This document shows, in pieces, positions 60,501 to 64,000 of a stretch of 64,000 bases of DNA. This DNA comes from Elsinoe ampelina. Its lineage: Eukaryota. A program made the translations under genes and the position numbers. Positions within the stretch are counted from its first letter, which is position 1. Every line of letters starts with the position of its first letter. Below the pieces are notes generated by a model that worked only from the letters and a program-made list of their open reading frames with translations, had not been told where the DNA came from and did no database searches. The stretch spans positions 1,656,670-1,720,669 of the forward strand of contig ML992505.1 of NCBI GenBank assembly GCA_010093995.1, read 5' to 3'.

Positions 60501-61395
60501 CTCCGAGATCTTGAGTACCACGGACATACGCCTTGGACTTGGAATTGAAATTAGCCACGATAGCTGGGCGACCGGAGGCGACGAGAGAGGTTGCGTAGCT
60601 CATCGGATAGGCAGTAAAGTTTGTGAAACCGTCGCGGTATGTGTCGTAGACAGAGCAAGTGGTGGTGTCTAATGGTCGGGTGGTGGCCATCCATGTCCAG
60701 CTGTTGGGGTTACCAATCCAGTAAGTCACTGGCGAGCTGGTCGTGAAAGAGTTGCCAATCTCAGCATATCGATTGACAGTCTGTCCACCCAGCGAGTGAC
60801 CTGCCACAACAATCTGCTTGAGGTTGGGATACCTGGATTTGTCGTCAAAGTACTTGACCAGCTGATCGAGGACCTCAAAGGACGAGACTGTGGTTGCGTT
60901 CCAAGGATACTGGTTGTTAGCACCTGCGGACCACTGCGAGCCAGCCCAGACCAGTGCGTTTGTGATAGAGCCACGACCAGCTTTGAGACCGTCCTGCCAC
61001 GGGTAGGTGATGTTCTTGTCGTTCCCGTTGGTGAAGAGTGGTGCGAGAATCTGGACAGTCTTGAAGTTGACGTTGGCATCGTTGGGAGTAGTCTGAGCAA
61101 GAGCGCTCAACATGTTGCTCATGTAGGTACCGGGGTCGCGATTGAGGCCGTGAATGATGATGACACCACGCTGGACATCTGCGTTGTTGAGACGCTGTCC
61201 ATTACCGTTCTGTGACCAGTAGTTTGTGAGTGTGAGCTGATTGTTCTTGCCGGCAGGATCGGTGATGCGCCAGTATCCGAGCTCGGATCCGGGGACATTG
61301 GGCATCTTGTTAGGGATAACATCGCCGGCAAACTGCTGTGCAGAGGTGAGCCAAGACAGGCCTGCCAACAGGCAAGCCGAAATTGTGAATTGCAT
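57574..61395 (-). CDS. Secreted multidomain protein: alpha/beta-hydrolase-like domain, four WSC domains, two PAN/apple-like Cys modules, Ser/Thr linker
   Basis: Signal peptide; VAGHSLGG; WSC signatures (GLEFGSQCYCG, GVEFGAECYCG, GTEYTSECWC, GVEYYSECYG; CGxxNRL/I). Confidence 0.88.
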   Translation of the reverse strand: MQFTISACLLAGLSWLTSAQQFAGDVIPNKMPNVPGSELGYWRITDPAGKNNQLTLTNYWSQNGNGQRLNNADVQRGVIIIHGLNRDPGTYMSNMLSALAQTTPNDANVNFKTVQILAPLFTNGNDKNITYPWQDGLKAGRGSITNALVWAGSQWSAGANNQYPWNATTVSSFEVLDQLVKYFDDKSRYPNLKQIVVAGHSLGGQTVNRYAEIGNSFTTSSPVTYWIGNPNSWTWMATTRPLDTTTCSVYDTYRDGFTNFTAYPMSYATSLVASGRPAIVANFNSKSKAYVRGTQDLGDDSSNCAPFTQGANRNERFFNFIKAFPPSCPNPATGQCDTVDYVNAGHDAGAIMASPAGQARLFLDNFYGDGKRAYDFGTRQQAGDDPYPDPARNSTDNGLDKTVYAGNMTAAGCWTDNTRNQRSLPFAAFDSQTATIESCTSACAAAGYTIAGLEFGSQCYCGSTLGPFAQQTIAAGCTQPCAGNSSQICGQGNRLSLYSNGTPAQAPIPGMPETVGNYNALLCYTEATTGRSLSAKSYTDGANMTLDNCASFCNGYKYFGVEFGAECYCGSYFGDGAGIAADSDCSMTCPGNNRQLCGAGNRLTVYQLDGSAPVSTITQGSTTTTSTTSAAAGSTTSAIPSSNLCPTADGQVVNGYTVKCSSDSSVGAYSGVGASASYLDCMTTCDSQSAQGCKGFVYVGGANGAGSGTCWLKSDVGSFTPSGSNYVAAVKASSSASTSSLSGSTSLTTSSGAASTSVSTTTTTAAAPTSTVGCPGSNNTIYTASTGVNFLIECGIDHYGGDIASLSVQNFAGCIEACAANSKCVDVSLSGNACYLKGTLGDANSNSVIWGAKLVGPASSSTTTTLATVSPVAGFGPSSSLTSTTTSSTITSASSSLTTIASTSTTTSATTTSTTTDVPTTTTTTTTSPILTTTTTTSPATTTTSTTTTTSAPGTVSPVINAPSPSTTTTAPTTLATVVSSSTTTTTTTTSSSPTTTTTTPATTTTTTTSTTPAPTTTTTSTTTPAPTTTTTTTTTPSPTTTTTTTTTTTTSSTPSSTSASITLPSGVSSLGCYVDNTPRTFPLQLYSNSTNTPTQCALACRASGYKYSGTEYTSECWCSNTAPTTSTTTCSMTCAGDKSQICGGPNRLSVAVDSTWVQTFFARDTYNTWASMGCYSDSGTRTLATGLTPLRGGGNNATVGNCLDACAAAGMGWCGVEYYSECYGAKTAPLASRALSGDALAQGCNYKCKGNSTEACGGANRIQVFVNNGTSS
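58230..58820 (-). repeat. Thr/Ser codon (ACN) low-complexity repeats with tandem TTTTSTTPAP-like units
   Basis: gtggtcgtggtagttggggcgggagtagta occurs twice 36 nt apart near 58300-58370. Confidence 0.8.
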
Positions 61396-63683
61396 GACGT
61401 GAAGAGGTATAGTGAACGAGTGGAGGCTGTTGAACGAGTGGGAACCTCTTGACTTCTTACCTTTCGGTCGGAGGGGAGAGGGACATGTTATACTTCGCAG
61501 AGCCAGTAAAGACTATCAAAACGTGGCGCACTCATGTTCAGGAGTGTTCTTCAGTAACTCACTGCGAGCACAGACAGAGCTAGTCCACTAGACGAGGTAT
61601 ATTGGCTAGTGACGTGCGAAACCGAGCTGGAAGAGTCGGCAGAGATGGAGACTAGACGAATGAGAGGTCGCGTTTCGAGTGCTGGTGTGGACGCAAAACG
61701 TTGTTGCACGTTGTGGCACGCTGTGGCACGTTGTCTGCCGAAGGGTTCTACTTCTGGGCCGTTGGAGCCAAAGACAAGGCGCAGGGTGAAATTGTGAGAA
61801 AGCACGAAGGAGCTACCAATATTAGCGTATCGTACAGCCAGACTTTGGCAGATATGGGGCGTTAGTGAATGACCTATCGATGGAAAAGGGAGCTTATGCA
61901 AGCTTGAGCGTTCGGCGGCGATAGCGGAGTGTGGTCCACGGGACAGTATCATCTCAACCAGGTCTGGGTTGGGCGAGAAGGGTCGTGGTTGATGTCAAAC
62001 GCAAAGCGATAGCGGGAGGAGGCGCTGAAATCAAACACCCGTGCCCGGTTGATGTCCATGTCAAGATGAGAGAAGCAGGGGATGTTCTTGTCAGGAGAAT
62101 CGAGGAAGAAGAAGCGACCGAAAAAACGCCGGCAAAGGCGAGCCAGCGCCGCGGTTGGTAGGGGCGGAAGCGTCCCGAATCGGCACATCCCAGATCCAAG
62201 GTGGGCACGCTGTCAAGATGTGGCTTGCGTAGCATCATTCTATCGTGGACCTGCAGCATGCATCGTGCCGCATGTATTCAATTTTGTTCCAATTTTGCGG
62301 ATGCTTTTGTTTCTCAGTCGATTCGACAGCATCGAAATGCGACTGTATGTGTCTCTCAAGACTTTGCCCCCCAGACGAAACACAACGGTATGACTATCAA
62401 GCGGCAAGTAGAACCGGCGGCATCTGGACGCATCATGTCGACGTCGCAACAGCCTTGGACCTCGACTGTTTGACTGAATGTACCCAGCACTGAACAACAA
62501 TCTGTAATTCCCATTGGATGGGAAAAGTCAGAGATACCGTATCATCGGATTTGCTGATGGTGGACCTAGCTTGACCTTTGACGTGCATGAATAGCCGCAG
62601 CCACTTTTTCCTGATTGAGTGATTGAGAGGCGAGCCAAAGTCCCGTCGTCCCAGAACGTTTTGCTCCCTAAATTTTGTGTCGACTTTGGGTTGACTGGAA
62701 ACGACAGAAACGATCACAACGACGTGAAGAGGCTCTGAGCTCCGCGCGACTTGCCGTCAACGTCGCTGACCCCGAAATCTAAAAGGCTTACGACGCTTCG
62801 TCTCTCAAACAGAATTGACCTTTGTGGCGCTAACATGGGTGTTGAATCATGAGACCTGGTCCTGTTGCGGCGGGCTGGGAAGCCACTATCATTCATACTC
62901 AGTATCATGTGCTGAGACGAGGCCGCCAAACAGACCACTCCTCAGCCATCTCATTGTTGATCAAACGAATTCGTCGCGCGTGACCGGGGTCTAGCTTCTG
63001 CTGTTACAGACTCCTGTTGATTCCCGAACGAAAGACGGAAAGGGGACACGGCCGATTCAAGTCGAAAACCATTTGATGGAAAAGGAGCAAAATTGCGAGT
63101 CAGGCATGGCCGAACACACAAAGTCATGACAGGTCTTGGCAGGAACTGGCGGCTCTTCTTGTCTTGTCACTTAGTCCCATTGGATAAGATCTTTGACAAT
63201 CAAGTGGAAGGTCCCGATGTATAGTTGAGCTGCAATACAGGAGGCTCTCGTGCCTGACATGAGTGTCATGCAAATTTAGGACGGCGACGTTAGACCTTTG
63301 TCACTTTCCACGCCGTGCGTGCCAAGCATTTCTTCCCGCTCTCGTCGGAATACCACAACTTCTCAGCTTCACGAGCTATGCCGCACATCAGATTATTCTC
63401 CATCCCAGACGACAGATAAGGCCCAAGACCCCCCCATAATGAGAGGCAACGCCACGTATTGATAATTGGTAATACCGGATACATCACGCGACCGCTGCGC
63501 AACTGCAGATTGCTCGTTCTTCCTCCTCGGCCTCTTCGCTCACCCCCATCCCAACTGATACGTTCGCTTTGTGTCAAGAGCTTGTCATACAACCGATCGC
63601 ATGGTACATCGGTGCTGATTGCATGCGCGACAAAGGCTTCTTGACATCGGTCAAAGCCTGCGCGTCCGCGCCGACCGCCCGTC

Positions 63684-64000
63684 ATGGATATCAATGCTCT
63701 CATGAACAAAGAGCCCACCGCATCTGGCGACCAGCATCAAAGAGGCCCACCACCAGTTCAAAGACAGCCGTCAGTGGCGCGCTCAGCCTCTGATAACTAT
63801 GGCACTCCTCCGCCGCCCCAACAATTCCAGAGGCCATCGATATCAGGATATCCAGCTCAACCACCACCACTCGATACACGTGCATCGACTTTTTCCAATC
63901 CAGGTTCAGTCAGCGCTCAGTATACCCCAATCAGGACCCCACAAGCGCAGCACACTCAGCAGTACCCATTTCCGCCTCAGTACCCGAGTCCAGTTCAAGC
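63684..64000 (+). CDS. 5' part of a Pro/Gln-rich protein running off the window; possibly mRNA-capping RNA triphosphatase Cet1
   Basis: Open from ATG 63684 to window end: MDINALMNKEPTASG...QQYPFPPQYPSPVQ; N-terminus recalls filamentous-fungal Cet1 from memory only. Confidence 0.55.
   Translation, partial: MDINALMNKEPTASGDQHQRGPPPVQRQPSVARSASDNYGTPPPPQQFQRPSISGYPAQPPPLDTRASTFSNPGSVSAQYTPIRTPQAQHTQQYPFPPQYPSPVQ

Overview
Gene-dense 64 kb window of a filamentous ascomycete nuclear genome (Pezizomycotina; Dothideomycete-like by inference only). Introns are short (about 46-105 nt in coding regions), GT..CTRAY..YAG type. About 27 protein-coding loci are present, mostly housekeeping: old yellow enzyme, GT32 glycosyltransferase, Slm1-like BAR-PH protein, DUF985 cupin, GPI17/PIG-S, LovD-like esterase, G1 cyclin, MTAP, RPN2, ERG9, eIF4E, kinesin-5, two AIM9-like phosphotransferase paralogues, PHAF1-like protein, Grg1, mitochondrial IleRS, GaaC-like aldolase and a WSC-domain hydrolase. 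The main find is a minus-strand tRNA-Ile(AAT) gene at 8654-8848 split into four exons. It has one ordinary anticodon-loop tRNA intron plus two introns with full spliceosomal signals (GT donor, CTAAT branch, CAG acceptor, 48-50 nt), one of which cuts the B box. Removing all three gives an intact 74-nt cloverleaf. Secondary signals: recurrent about 1 kb C/A-rich to G/T-rich strand-skew units that ignore gene orientation, a G1 cyclin leader with three putative introns and one uORF, two frameshifted ORFs (a Cys-rich secreted protein and a coiled coil), and a duplicated promoter segment around an inverted pseudokinase pair. No transposon or CRISPR array was recognised. All gene names come from motif recognition, not database searches.
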